Of a stretch of 64,000 bases of DNA, positions 44,955 through 61,570 are shown piece by piece; position 1 is the stretch's first letter, and every line of letters begins with the position of its first letter. The stretch lies in the NCBI RefSeq assembly GCF_009914755.1, contig NC_060941.1. One strand, written 5' to 3'. The translations under genes were made by a program, and so were the position numbers. The notes under the pieces were generated by a model. The model ran no database searches, was not told the origin of the DNA, and worked only from the letters and a program-made list of their open reading frames with translations. Source of the stretch: the human T2T-CHM13v2.0 reference genome, Homo sapiens.

Positions 44955-47115
44955 CCAAGAAGAGCTAATGTCCTCAGCCTGTGCTTATGGGAACCAACTT
45001 GTAGTGTGGAGAAAGGGGTGCTCCCCGCAGCAGCACTCTTAAGCTCCGTTTGGTGAGCAGTTTGGTAAGCTTGCCAAGGAGGCTCCCCTCTACACTGGTT
45101 CCCCTCATCATGCCTGGGATCATTTCTTAGTTATTGTAGACGTCATCATCACAACCTCTCACCAAGGAGGGCTTACATCTTGCAAAGCACTGCTTAATGC
45201 AGGTTTTGCTTTTGGTATCTGGCCTCCCTGGTGGTTAGAAATCTGATCAGCAGGCTCTCAGCAAAATCCAAACCTGGGCAGAACCTCATTAACGCAAAGC
45301 GGAGGCTGTGCCACAGTCTCTTAAATAGCTAGAGTGTGATTAGACACTATCAGCTTAGAGGAGCATCCTACCTGTCCCCCTCCACCTGCAGTCACTAGGC
45401 TTCCTTGCCTCTTTAACAATGGTGTACAAAGGCAAAGCACGTGTTCCCCCAGCCTCCCCAGGAGCTACCAGCTTGCCAGCTGTCACAGCATGCCTTTAAT
45501 GGGTTTGTGAAACCCAAGAACCTGACCCATTTCTCCTCTGGGGAAAGAGTATAACACAGGATGCCAAGCTGGGAAGCAGGATTCGGGACACTCACCTGGA
45601 TGAGACCAGCTCTCTCTGCCGTCCTAGACAGATTGTTTTGTTTTTTCCAATTTCCAGGATCTCCAAATCTAAAATAAGTGCACAGAAGGCAGTAGAGTAA
45701 AATTGTGACATTGTTTTCTGCTCACTTATCTTCTTCTTCCTTCCTCTCTTTTAATTTTAACTCCACTTTCTGCCTACTCTGACCCTAGATATTCAGGCTC
45801 TGGTACCCCACCCAAAGGGTGTTGACTGCAAACTGACTGTCAAATTTCATAATTAGTCAATAAACGAACCTGTTTTGAGCAAGCATGATGTACAAAGTTC
45901 GGTGCCTATTTTCATTATGGAGGAATTCATGCCCTCGGGAGCTTCTAAACTAGTTAGAAAAGCAGTTCATGTGAACAGTGTAAGGCAGTACGGAAATAAG
46001 GCCACAGGAATGATCTAATTAACCTGGGGTCCACAGGTGGGTTTCAGAGGCATCCATAGATGCCCCAAAATTGCCCGCATAATTTTATGTATGCAAGCAC
46101 ACATTTTTTGAGTAAGTGCTTAGCTTTCATCAACTTCACCTGGAAAGATAGAGCACCTTTTATGCCGTTAGAGTTTGAGCAAGAGTAGTCTTTATACCTT
46201 CGGTAGTTGAGCAGGTAAGACTTGAACTCATTCTTAGAAAATAGTATTCAGGGCAGGAGGCAGCCCTGAAAGGCAAGAATCCCCAGGAGATAGCCTGCGA
46301 AGACTGTTGCACTTACAACCAGATGCCTCATGTCTCTGAAACTCAGTAAGATGGAAACCTATACAATGGTGATCATTGTTGCTTCCCATAGTTTGGTGAA
46401 GTCACATAAGCTCCTCTTTTTTTTTTTTTTTTTAACTCACTCTGAACCTTGTACAGTGCTCGACTCATATCATAGTGGACACTAACTAATATTTGATATA
46501 TGTGTGAGTTAACTGAAATAGCAAATGTGAGAGGGCTTTGTAAATAGCAGAGCACTGCTTCAACAAAAGATGTCTGTTGCCAAGAGTGTGTATTTTGTCC
46601 TTTGCAAACAGCCTGCGCTAAGTGAGCGTCTTCTCCCTGCTTGAAACTGACCCTTTCCCCTGTAATGGGACTCAAAGGGCCAGCTCATCTGATGGAGTGT
46701 CCCTGGGCTGGTCAGATGAATGATAGCTGTGCTGTCAACATGGACAAGATGTGCAGTTTTCCAAGAGCCCAGAGATGACCTCACCCTCCAAGGGCTTGGC
46801 CTCTTCACCCCAGTGCCTGCTGAAACACACCTGCAGCCTTGCTCTCACTCTGGGACAGGGAGATTCCAGGAGCACCTTTGCTGTCCTCAGCAAAGAGGCT
46901 ACGAGGTGTGGAAGGGAAAGAGACAGCGGGTATGGCAGAGCCTCTGATGGGACTCCTAGCAGGATAAGCAGGACCACTGATTGTATCCTCTCTATGACGT
47001 CTCAGGACGGTAGAAATGATCAGGTGCTTCTTTGCTGAACACTTCTGATATCTCCCATCTTCGCTCCTCAACTTCCTAGCTGTGCGCATGCGAAGAGAGA
47101 ACAGACCCACTATCA

Positions 47116-48040
<925 letters not shown>

Positions 48041-48184
48041 CATCCACCACTATGACACTAGCTCATGATTCTTTTCTCGTGCGTACTGTTACTTTATCCC
48101 TTAAAATATTACATATTCCTCTGGCCTTTACCATCTCTTATGGACTGGGCCCAACATCTTACCCTAACCTTTCTTGCTATAACA

Positions 48185-48533
<349 letters not shown>

Positions 48534-48723
48534 TGATATTCCTCTTGGTCCCGCTGTCACCCCACCTGCCTTGACCTCTGAACACAGTAATGCAAACATT
48601 AACTGAGCTCCTTTCTAGAGACAGACCTCCTGCTCTTGTGAAGTGAGAAAACAAATGGTCATTCTCTTCCCAATTTTCCAGGCTCTGAAACATCTCTGTC
48701 CATAAGAAAGCTGAGTGTATAGC

Positions 48724-49018
48724 AGCCAGGTGCGGTGGCTCACACCTGGAATCCCAGCACTTTGGGAGGCCAAGACAGGTGGATCGTTTGAGATCAGAAG
48801 TTCAAGACCAGCCTGGCCTACATGGTGAAACCCCGTCTCTACTAAAAACACAAAAATTAGCCAGGCATGATGGCACATGCTTGTAGTCCCAGCTACTCGG
48901 GAGGCTGAGACACGAGAATCGCCTGGACCCAGGAGGCAGAGGTTGCCGTGAGCCAAGATCATACCACTGCACTCCATCCTGGGCGACAGAGTGAGACTGT
49001 CTCAAAAAAAAAAAAAAA
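48724..49018 (+). mobile_element. AluS
   Basis: Full-length Alu with A tail. Confidence 0.93.
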
Positions 49019-50660
49019 GTTGAGCCAACAGGGAGGAGGAGGGCCCACGTTTTCTTGTTATCATTAAGTCCTTGCGTCGCATGCAGACCCTTCAGAGAAA
49101 CGATGATGCTTTAGCACTGTAGCACTAGATCTTGTCAAATAAGGTCTAGTGGGGGAAGTGCTGGAAGTGGGGACTTTGCTTAATCTCTTCACTCCTGTGA
49201 GACAGGGCAAAGGGTTATTCATTCTAGTTTAGAGATGGAAAAGGAGCTAGAAGGACTGGCTGTGCATCATGCAGTGAGTCGGCAGCAGAATCAGAAGCTT
49301 AGTGGATGTCAGCAGTCCTGTGTGTCCCTGGGGAGCTAGGCACCTGGGAGTTGTTGCCAAGGGTGGTTGAGTGTTGGCTCTGAGCTTGGCACTGCCAGTG
49401 CACAGCTCTAGCACAGTTCAGGCCTTGGGAGAATTATCTGACACCCAGCCGTGCACCCCCATTTTCCAGAGCCTAGCTTACCAGATCTACAGCCTGACCC
49501 TACTTGATGGAGAGGTGGCAGAGGGAGCTCCCCATTCTCAAGTCCTACCTGACAAGCTGATCCCAAGCAACCCACTCCTAAGGTGGGCCTCTTCTTGGGG
49601 AGATGCCCTTATAGATGCTGCCCATTCTCCCAGTGCCAGGAATCTTCCCTACAATTAGGTACGAGATAAATCAAAGCCAAACTTGGCTGACGAAATTCAG
49701 GAGCCAGTAGTGACCCTTGCCACACATATAAATCGCAGCAGGCTGGCCAAGGGCCTTTGTCTGGCCAGGAGAGTTCAGGATTATCTGGCCCTCTTTGCTG
49801 ATGTATGGAGTCACCGGCTGTCGGAGTGTTTACTAACGGTTATCACCTCAATGCTGTGGCCATTATCAGAGGCAGGACCGCCTGCCGAGGCTGGGGCTCG
49901 CACCCTCTCTATTACCACCTGTCATTGGCAGGGAGTGTGTGCTGACACTGCCCAGCCCTCACTGCCTGGCGAAGATAGTTTCTGACGGCTGATCAAAGAG
50001 GAGAAGCAAGGCCTGATAAAGAGTGCGTGTTTCGTGTACTTTTAACTTTGGGAAACGTTGGCATTTGCATTTTTTCCCCATCTTCCCGATGCTGGCAGGA
50101 ACCAAGCCCAATAAATGCAGTGGATTCAGTTACCTAATCGCTGGGGAAATGGTATGTGCTTAAAGCAACAGAGCGTGACTATAATCTCCTTCCGAGAGAG
50201 AGTGGATGAAATAAGCTTTCACAGAAGACTTGCTGTATAATAAAGTAGAATAATTCAAATTCGGACTTTGAAGTGATCTCACATGTAAGATCTAATCTTA
50301 GCGTTCAGCAGAACACCACAGACGTTTTGGAATTGGGGAGCAGCTTTGGCTTAAGGACAGACCCTTGCCGAAGATGCTATCACCCACCTCCTTGCTGGTA
50401 TCCCCCAAAGTAATTCCCTGGTTGTTCATATGCCCTTGGGTAGCTGGGAGACCAGGTAGTGAAGTAGAACGTGTTCTCAACTGAGGCATCAGGAGAGCGA
50501 GTTCTTGGACCTCGTCTGCCACAGACTTGCTCTTCCATCTTGGGCCATAACTTCTCTGAGCTCCAACTATAAAATGAGGAAGTTGGTTATAGGTTATAGA
50601 ATATAATGGTTAAGAAAGCTTTAAAAACATTAGGCTATATAACCCCTTCTTTAAATGAAA

Positions 50661-50808
50661 ATTTATTTATTTATTTATTTATTTATTTGTAGAGACAGGG
50701 TCTCGCGCTGTTGCCCAGGCTGGTCTCAAAGTCCTGGCCTCAAGCAATCTTCCCGCGTTGGCCTCTCAAAGTGTTGGGATTGCAGGTGTAAGGCACCACT
50801 CCCCGCCC
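50661..50808 (-). mobile_element. FLAM/Alu monomer with (TTTA)n tail
   Basis: Single reverse monomer; TSD taaatgaaa. Confidence 0.85.
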
Positions 50809-51148
50809 TAAATGAAATTGTAGATGGAATCCCATTGTATCAAAAAGAGGAAAGTAGGGATCCGTTTGGGTTGAACCTGGGAAGGGGGTTGCCTTCCCCG
50901 TCCCACTTCTTAAGGTGGTCCCTGAAGACCAGGGGAACCCTGTAGCTCCTCAGAAACAGTTGTAAAACCACCAGCCTCAGTGTCACGGAAGTCACTCCAG
51001 AGGTCTGCACTCTCTCAGCGGCATGAGCTATTTCTCCTGCGCTACCCAGTCTGTTGGCGGCGTGCTTCCATCCTACAGGAAGGCTACAATGGACCCTGGG
51101 TATGGAGAGGAGCGGGTGGGAGGTAGACAAGAATGGCCTGCTCCCTGA

Positions 51149-51382
<234 letters not shown>

Positions 51383-53105
51383 TGATTTGGTCAGGACCAG
51401 CACCTGTTGGTGCAGAGCTTCTCTGGAATCGTTTGTGGGCATATGTTTGTTTTTGCTGTTGGTTTCTTTAGTTAGCACTCCAGTGGCTATCCGTCTGAGG
51501 AGCTCTGGTGTTGGGAAACCCTGTGTAAAGGGGAGCTCCCAGTGGAACTGCCCCTCCCACGTGGAATACCACATGCAGGATTGCCATGATCAACACCACT
51601 GTGCAAGTGGCTCCCAGAAGGACACTTTCCTCCTTTGGGGGTGTCCCCACGTCTTCCAGCAGCGCTCAGGCACTGAGTCCTCAGGTTGTACCTCTTCAGA
51701 CACGCTGGAGACTTAGAGATTGGCAAGTCTCAGTAGGGCCTGCCAACCTGAGCGGAGTAAGCATGAAGCAGGCTGGGCTGGTTTCAGCCCCTACCAGCTT
51801 TTCCTCATGCTGCCTTTGGCCTTGCATTCTTGCCTCTGAGCGAGTCCAGCAACTAGGGTCTGGGTGGCTTCCTGCATCCCAGAGCAATCAGAAGACATCC
51901 TTAAATGATGAGGGAGCCCTGGCCCAGGCAAGTGCATGTTCATGTGCGCACACACGCAAACACACACACACAACATGCACTCGGGAAAGCCACCAATCAT
52001 CCATCTCCAGTACAGCTGTAATACAGCCTGGCTCTTCTTTCGAAAACCCTTCTTTGTTCTAGATAGCTGTGCTGTTAGTGACTGCCCTAGCCCTGCTTTT
52101 GTGCTGACAGAGGCTGCCCCAGCAGGCCTCTTCCCTCCTTTCAGAGGGAACTTTCTGTTGGGTGCAGCTGACTCTGGCTAGAGGCCTTTTCTCTCCTGCT
52201 TGCCTGAGTCCTCTCAAGACTCTGTCACTCTGCTGTGCACTGCTCCGTTCCCGTTCCACATGCCTCCCTGCAAAGAACCCCAGTAAGGAGAAACTTACAA
52301 CAATGGGGCAGGCGCTGATCAGGACCAGCAAGATTCAGAGTCAGAGCACTGAGGCAGGGCTTGAAATGTCTGACATCATCACACAGTCCCACTTCCCCGT
52401 GGCTCCTCCAGATCTTTAGATGTTTAGGTTTATGGTCAGGCGTTTCCCTCATCCATCCCCATGCCGGTCCCTCCGTTCCTTCACTAAGACGTGTCATCTC
52501 CACAGCACTAGCTGTGTGGCCTGCCCGTGGTGCTCCTGTAATAACTGGCAAATGAACAGGATGGAAACGATAGGTGCAAGGGAGGAAGAGGGGGAGCTTG
52601 GCTACATGGGTAGCATGTCATCATGCCACTGTTCTCCCAGCTGGACCCAGAGATGAGAAGCATTTACCAGGGCTTGACTTCGCTTCCCCTGGAAGGGGGC
52701 CTAAGTGAGGAATGTGGCTTACGGCACAGGCTTTTGCCTGCATCTCTGGGGTCCCTAGCCAGCCTCGGCTCACATAAACCGGAGCCCGGTGCCACTGGAC
52801 CCATCCCCGGCAGCCTCCCTCTTCCGAGGCCTGGAGGAGCTCCCGGGTGGCTCTTCTCTCCCACCGCCTCCTCAGGAGCCCCTTGGAGCATCTCACTGTC
52901 ATCCGGCAAGAGGATTTGAAGGTGCATTGAGTCACAGCTGTGGAACTTCAGCCTGGCATAGTAACCTGCACAGCCCTGGCAGCAATGCATCTGCCAGACA
53001 GCTGAGGGATTCAGGAGAGGCTTTGTGGCCTTAAGCAGTTTCATGAAATTAAAAAGAATAAAAAAAGAGAAAGAAAAAAAGGTAGAGGAAATTAAAACTG
53101 CATGA

Positions 53106-53549
<444 letters not shown>

Positions 53550-54296
53550 TAAAACTACTCCCATTTTAAAGGCCAGTAAGCAAAGCAGATGTTATGGAAG
53601 TTACCCAGTTTCCATGGCTGAGAATCACTTTTCACATTTTCCAACTAGAGGTAAAGCATCAGCCTGGTAGTGCAGCCCAGGACTTTGAAAGGGCACCCTG
53701 GTACACCCGTGCCCAGGTCAGCCTACTGCCCGGAGGTAGTTGGGGAAATACAGTGCAACGTGGGTAAGAATTTCCAGCAAGCCACTCTTTGCCTATAGCA
53801 ACATCTCAGTCCCCCTCTTTCTTCCCACAACTCTACTTCTCTAGGTGGCTTATAGGACAAATGAGGTATCCCCAAGTGTTTGCCTCTGATAGGTCCTCTG
53901 ATGCACCAGAGCTAAGTCAGTTCCCTTAATGCTTTGCAGCAGGCACCACATGTGACACAGCAATTGGGACCCATGGCCTCTTTATCAAAGTATGAATGAA
54001 GCACAGAGAGCAACTGAAAACTTGCTCTCATGATCCCTGACACAGAAGCCTATTCTATAGCACGCCTCACTGTTACATAGGTGTAGCCAGCCTTGATTTG
54101 TGGATTTCTGTAATGTAAAAACTCCTATTATGGCCAATTTCAACCTGTCACACAGTGTCAGCTAGCTAACAGAGGTTCTGGAGATGTAACAGTCTGTGCA
54201 CTCCAGCACCTGGTTGGTAAGCTGTACCCTAGGGCAGGTCAGCTCCCCACAAAGTAAAGTGAAACCTTTTCAAACCTCACTATTCAGAGTGGTCTG

Positions 54297-54590
54297 GGGG
54301 TTGAAGGATAGCTTTGGTCAAAGGATACACAGTTTCAGTCAGATGAGAAGAATAAGTTCAAGAGATGTATTGTCCAGCATGGTGACTCTAGTTAATAACA
54401 ATGTATTCTTGAAAATCACTCAGAGAGCAGATTTGAAGTGTTCTCGGCACAAAAAATGTTAAGTATGTGAGGTAATGCATGTTAATTAGCTCGATTTAGC
54501 CATTCCAAATGTATACATATTTCAAAACACCATGTTGTACATGATAAATATATATAATTTTTATTTGTCAATTAAAAAATATATATTTTT
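54297..54590 (+). mobile_element. L1MA 3' end inserted in a MER5A-like element
   Basis: ggtcaaaggatacacagtttcag...aataagttcaagagat...tgtgaggtaatgcatgttaattagctcgatttagccattcc. MER5-like sequence continues at 54595-54735. Confidence 0.85.
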
Positions 54591-55189
54591 TTAAAAGTGT
54601 GGTCTTCAGACCCACAGCAGCATCCGTAGCCAGGCGCCGGTGAGAAATGCAAAGCCTCAGGCCATGCCCAGCCCTGCTCAGCCGAGGTCTGCATTTCAGC
54701 AGGATCCCTGCGCATGCTGAAGTTTGAGAAGGTCAGTTTTAAATTATGGTTAACTTATAAGACAGATGGCAGTTCTTTGGTCCGTGATGGATGCCGACCA
54801 AATAGTTGAATTCAATCACCTATGTGATTTGCAAGTCCAGTTCTAAGACAACTGGCTGAACTGCCTTTTTGCTAATATCCTTCTGCCCCTTGCCCCGTCA
54901 CCCTTCCATCTTTCCATTCGGCAAACTCCAATTCGAGCTCAATCCAACTCTGCTCTCACACCTGGGTTCCTGAAGAAAGAGCACTTATTATTCCAATTGG
55001 TGCCTCTACAGATCCATGGTCTCCACTCTCCACTGGAGCCTGCTCTGTGTTTTCCTCATAGCCCCGCCCCCATTCTCAGTTTGCACCCATCTTTTGCAGC
55101 AAAAGACAGTGCCTAGCGCAGTGTCTGCAATAGAGACACAGAGACGATGAATTCTTACTCAGCCTCTGGCTACTTCTCAGTCCTTTTCT

Positions 55190-55700
55190 TCTGTCGTCCT
55201 TAGGCGTATTTCTCAAGGCCTTGTCTTGGCCCTGGTCTCTTCTCTCTCAGTACCTGGCAATCTCTGCTTCCGTGTCTCCAATTACTATCCATAAACTGAT
55301 GATTTCCAAATAATTTCCAAGTTGGCTTTGTCTCCTGATCTCCAGAACCATCTATTCAGCTACCTATTGACATATCCACATGTCTACGAACTGAATTCCT
55401 CTCTTCGGGCCCTTTCCTTCTCTCGAGTTTCCCCATCCCGGTGTCCAAAGCCCTTTGAGACCAGCCACTGCCCTCGCTCCAGACTCATCTCTTGCTGCCC
55501 TGGGCCAGCTCCAGCCAAGCTAAACTCCCAGAGGGTCCCCGAGCATACGCAGTCTCTTGCCCGCGAGGCTTCTGTGCATACTTTTCCTTTTGCCTGGAAT
55601 GCTGTCCCTCAAAGCCCCCTCCTCTCTCTGTTACCCCCCTCAAAATAACTTGACTAATTCCTGCTTAGCAGACATTCCTTTCAATATTGCCTTTTCTAGA
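55190..55700 (+). mobile_element. L2 fragment
   Basis: Pyrimidine-rich L2 motifs (ctgatgatttccaaat; tctcctgatctccagaacca; tttgcctggaatgct). Confidence 0.65.
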
Positions 55701-55944
55701 AAAATAGAATTTTTAAAGTAAACAAAACATTGACTTATTCCAACTGTTTTGTGTCTAGGTAAAGATATAACTTAATACCAGTAAAAAAGCTTTTTAAATA
55801 AACACCTGTGTACATATTAAGTACATTTTCTCTTTCGACTTTAACTCTTTCAATAACTGTAGCTGCACCTTGTCTTTCTTTTTAGTGCTCTCACACATCT
55901 GATATCAAAAGCCCAGGCCTTATGCATGGGTCCAGATCCGTGCG

Positions 55945-57349
<1,405 letters not shown>

Positions 57350-58082
57350 TAAGTGCTCACAGAGTCAGCTCTCAGGGTCCGGGAGACTGTCTGTTCCCCG
57401 TGACTGTTCCTTCCTGCGGCCCCGGGCTCACTGATTCTTCTTTACAGTGACAGCATTAAAGATAGGAAAAGGCTTCATCTTTTCCTGCCTGCCGTCTCTT
57501 TAACAGTCTCTGCCCTAGCCAGAAGTAGTTATTCTTGGGGATAACATAGTGGGCTCAGTCTTTGCCTCTTACCTTCTGTCATATACATATTTTACTTCCT
57601 GACCTAGTTCACCCACATCTATAACCCTTCACAAAACAATGTTACGGCCAGTGCATTCTAGTACTTCCTTTTCTTCTATTATTCTAAGAATTATCTTGTA
57701 CTTTCTATTTTATTTCATTTTTTAAAAAATGCACTCGTGACCCACTAAAGTGATTTCACAATACATTGGTGAATGGCAATCTGCGCTTTGAAAGTCAATG
57801 CTCTAGCTTGTTCACCTAAATCCTCTGAGTTTTCCCATTTATGTATTAATTACTCTGCAGAAAAGGCTTTAAGATTATGTTCAACTAAAGCTCTTCCAAA
57901 GATTTCTGTCAGAAGCTACTTTTATGTACTGAAAGGGCTGCGCCTTTCTTTTTCTCTTGTTAACATAAAAAGAACACTTTGAACATTAGGCAGTTTTTAA
58001 GTGATCACGGGATGGTTTCAGCAAGTTAATAACAAATATTTGTTGATTGCTATGTTTTGCAAAAGATGACCTAAAAGCACTA

Positions 58083-58085
<3 letters not shown>

Positions 58086-58127
<42 letters not shown>
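58086..58127. repeat. (TG)n microsatellite, about 21 units
   Basis: Seen directly. Confidence 0.97.
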
Positions 58128-58130
<3 letters not shown>

Positions 58131-58436
58131 AATAAAGTCTTTCATTTTAAGACTGTAAAAAGTAAGCTCCCAACAAATATGAGCTGTTTTTACTGGAGTC
58201 AATCAGATATGTACCAAATAACTAATCCAAATATCTCAGTGTATTGGACCCCTCTCCTGCCTCTAGAATCAGCTCTTCCAAAGGGCCTTGGAACTCCTGC
58301 CTGGGTCAGTATGGAGGGCTGGGAACTTTTTCAATCTAAGGCTACATTTCCAATAGGGATCATATTAGCCCCATCCCATACCAGGTTGCCACATGATCAG
58401 ATGACAATAATTGTAGGCACCAGTACCATGTGTTAA

Positions 58437-58754
<318 letters not shown>

Positions 58755-61179
58755 TAGCCATCCCTACTCTCTGGTCAGTCTCATTTTAAAAGCAGATAAT
58801 TGATTTATCAGTATTCGCTACAGAAAGTAGTTGACCACATTTGACTTTGCAGACATTTCAGAAGATGTGGTGGTGGTTAGAATTTTCTGCATCCCACATA
58901 TTTTTAAAATCTGCAATTTAGAGAGAACTTTATCCAGTCCAGCCCTAGGGGTAGATAGATGCATCCTACTGGCCCAACTCATTGCAAGGCCATGGAAATA
59001 GGAACTGACAGTGTTGCCCCAGAAAGCTGGAGAAGTGACATTTACATGTGTTATGTGGGCCTCTCAGGTCCCTTTCCCAAACCTGAGATTCTCTGATTCT
59101 AAGTGAAAGGTGAGCCTCCTTTATGGGTCCTGGGTTAGCCACACTGTTCCTGTCCTAAGCAAACCCGGAGGTTGTGTGAGCTGAAGATGCTGCCTTCACA
59201 GGGCCATCGTGGCTCATAGCCCCATAGGTCACATTCCCTGCTTCCCTACCACACACAACCACCAAGCTGCTTTGATCTTTCCAGAGAATCTTCTCTCCTC
59301 TTCCTACAGCCACTCTATCAGGCAAACTGGTATTTACCCCAGATACCCAGGAAGGGTTAGTCTTTCGGCCTCCTGAAAGTAGGAATCGCTCTCCTCTCCA
59401 GGATCCCCAGTGTGGCCGCCCATGAGACCCAGTCTTGTCTTTTAATTTTTTCCTCCAAGCCTTACCTCTCCAACTTCCTGGGTCCCCTTCTCAAGATGCA
59501 CAAGGGTGATTCATCTGTGCAAGCCATAGCTTCTGGCTTGGTCTGGCTCTCTTGCCAAAGTCTCTAGGCTTCTCTGGGTAATATCTCTGATTGCCCAGTG
59601 CTCCTAAAATTGCACCTGTCTCAGCAAATGCTATCACCCAAGCAACTTAGCCAGAACCTAGGGCTTTTCCTCTGCCTTATCTAATTGGGCCCTGGAGTTT
59701 TCCTCCTTCTACAGCATCTACAAAAGTTCTCTCAGTGTCTTCTCTTAATGACCTCATCAGTGGCCCAACGTGTTCTTTCTGTGGTTGGGGCAGGCAGGGT
59801 GTCCATCGGTATCTGCCAGTTTCTTCCCCAATAGGCTGGAGAAAAATAAGAGAGACAAGTTTCCTACCCTCAAAGAGATTAAAGCCCCAGAGGAGGCCAC
59901 AATACTGAACGGTGGGTCTGTTTCTCTCTGACTTCTACCCCCAGCTTCCCGCTGGGCCTCCCTAGCTGAGCTGGACCAAGTGGAAGTCAGGAGTGCTCCC
60001 CTGCCCACAGGGCATGGTCTTTCTAGGATGCGGAGGCAAAGCTGGAACTCCCCAGTGCCTAATGCCCTGATTGCTGAGGGTGAGAGAAGAAAGTGTCCCC
60101 AGAGGCACAGGGCCACCAGATAGAGGGCCCAGTCCCACCAGCAGGTCACAAGCATCCCTACTCGGGACAAGAGGGAGCAGCTGCGCCAGCGAGACTGTGG
60201 GACAGCCGGTGGCCTCGGCAGGGGTGGTGTTGTTGGTGTTGCTATTTGTGTCTCGGTTCAGTGTCGGATTGCCTATTCCTAGCTATTTTCCACTGGCAGG
60301 AGAGGCCAAATCTGAGAGTCCTTTCAGTTCCCAGCACCAAGCTCCCGCTATTGGGAAGAATGTGGTGTTTTTTTCCCCTTTTCGATGGGATTTGAAGCCC
60401 TCATCAAGCAATGGGGTAAACCTGTGACCCTGGGCAAGTGCCTTTCCCTCTCTGGGCCAGTTTCTTCCTCTGTGACACAGTGTGGGGAGGAGGAGCTAGT
60501 AAATGTAGTAATCGTTGGCCTCCTGTAACTCTGATGTCCTGGCTGCTGCAGGGAGCACTCGGTCTCTCTCTTTTACTCCTCTCCACGATAGCAGTGGCCA
60601 CACCTCCCGTGAGACTTGTACGCCTAAGACTCTGCCTGCCACATAAATGTCCTCTAATTGTCAGAGCACTGCCAGGTAGACCTTCCCCTCTCCAGTTTAC
60701 AAAGGAGGAAACGAAAGATTTGAAGTGAGAGTGTAACTAAAAGATGTGGGATTAAAATAAGAAATTTGGGAAGAGGTTCCAGTTATTAAGATCCTGCCGG
60801 TCTCCCATGGTCTGAAGGGTTGGAGTTTTATCAGTTATTCTCACCTTTTATTCAGAATAAGTAGGGATCCAGCAGAGGAAGGGGACTGTCACTAGCAGGG
60901 CCTGCCTTGACTGCCGTTGCACTTCCCTGCTCAGAAAGTGTCCAGGCCTGCACATTGCACCCAGGCTCCTTGCCATCATGTTTCTGTCTCTTACAGGCCT
61001 TCCCCACCTTCCCTTCCAGCCTGACCTCCCACCCCTTCTGCAGTAACCTCTGCATATTTCACCTCCTCCACCTTCTTGCCAATATAGGATCCCAGCATCC
61101 CCAGCATGCACCCTGTTACCTGGCCCTGGTGCATGTTGGTCACCCCTCAGGACCGCTGCCCTCCCATCCTGCCCAGTCG

Positions 61180-61570
61180 TCGTCTTAGGCCAAGCTCAAA
61201 TCTCACCTCCTCTGTGTTGCTTTCCCTGACCATGAAGCCAAATGTGTGCAACTCTCTCTGTCTCTGAATTTCTGCACCACCGACTTGCTGGATACTTGGC
61301 CCTGGGCAAAGAGTGTATGCTGCCTTTTCCATTAACTTGCTCACCAATTCCCTTCGTTTTGCCATTGGAAAAGGGCCGGCCCTGGTGGTCCCTTCAGCCC
61401 CTCCCTCACCCATACTCCCACGAGTGTCTTGACCCACTACTGGTTCTTTGAACTGAGTCTGAACCATCTTTGTTATCCCCAACCACCAGCCTTCTCCCTG
61501 CCCAGCAACCAGCACTGGAAGGAGAGCCAGGCTGAGCCTCAGTTAATGTTTGTTGAGTGACTGGATGGGT
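61180..61570 (+). mobile_element. L2 3' fragment
   Basis: caagctcaaatctcacctcctctgtg...ctcagttaatgtttgttgagtgactg. Confidence 0.6.
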
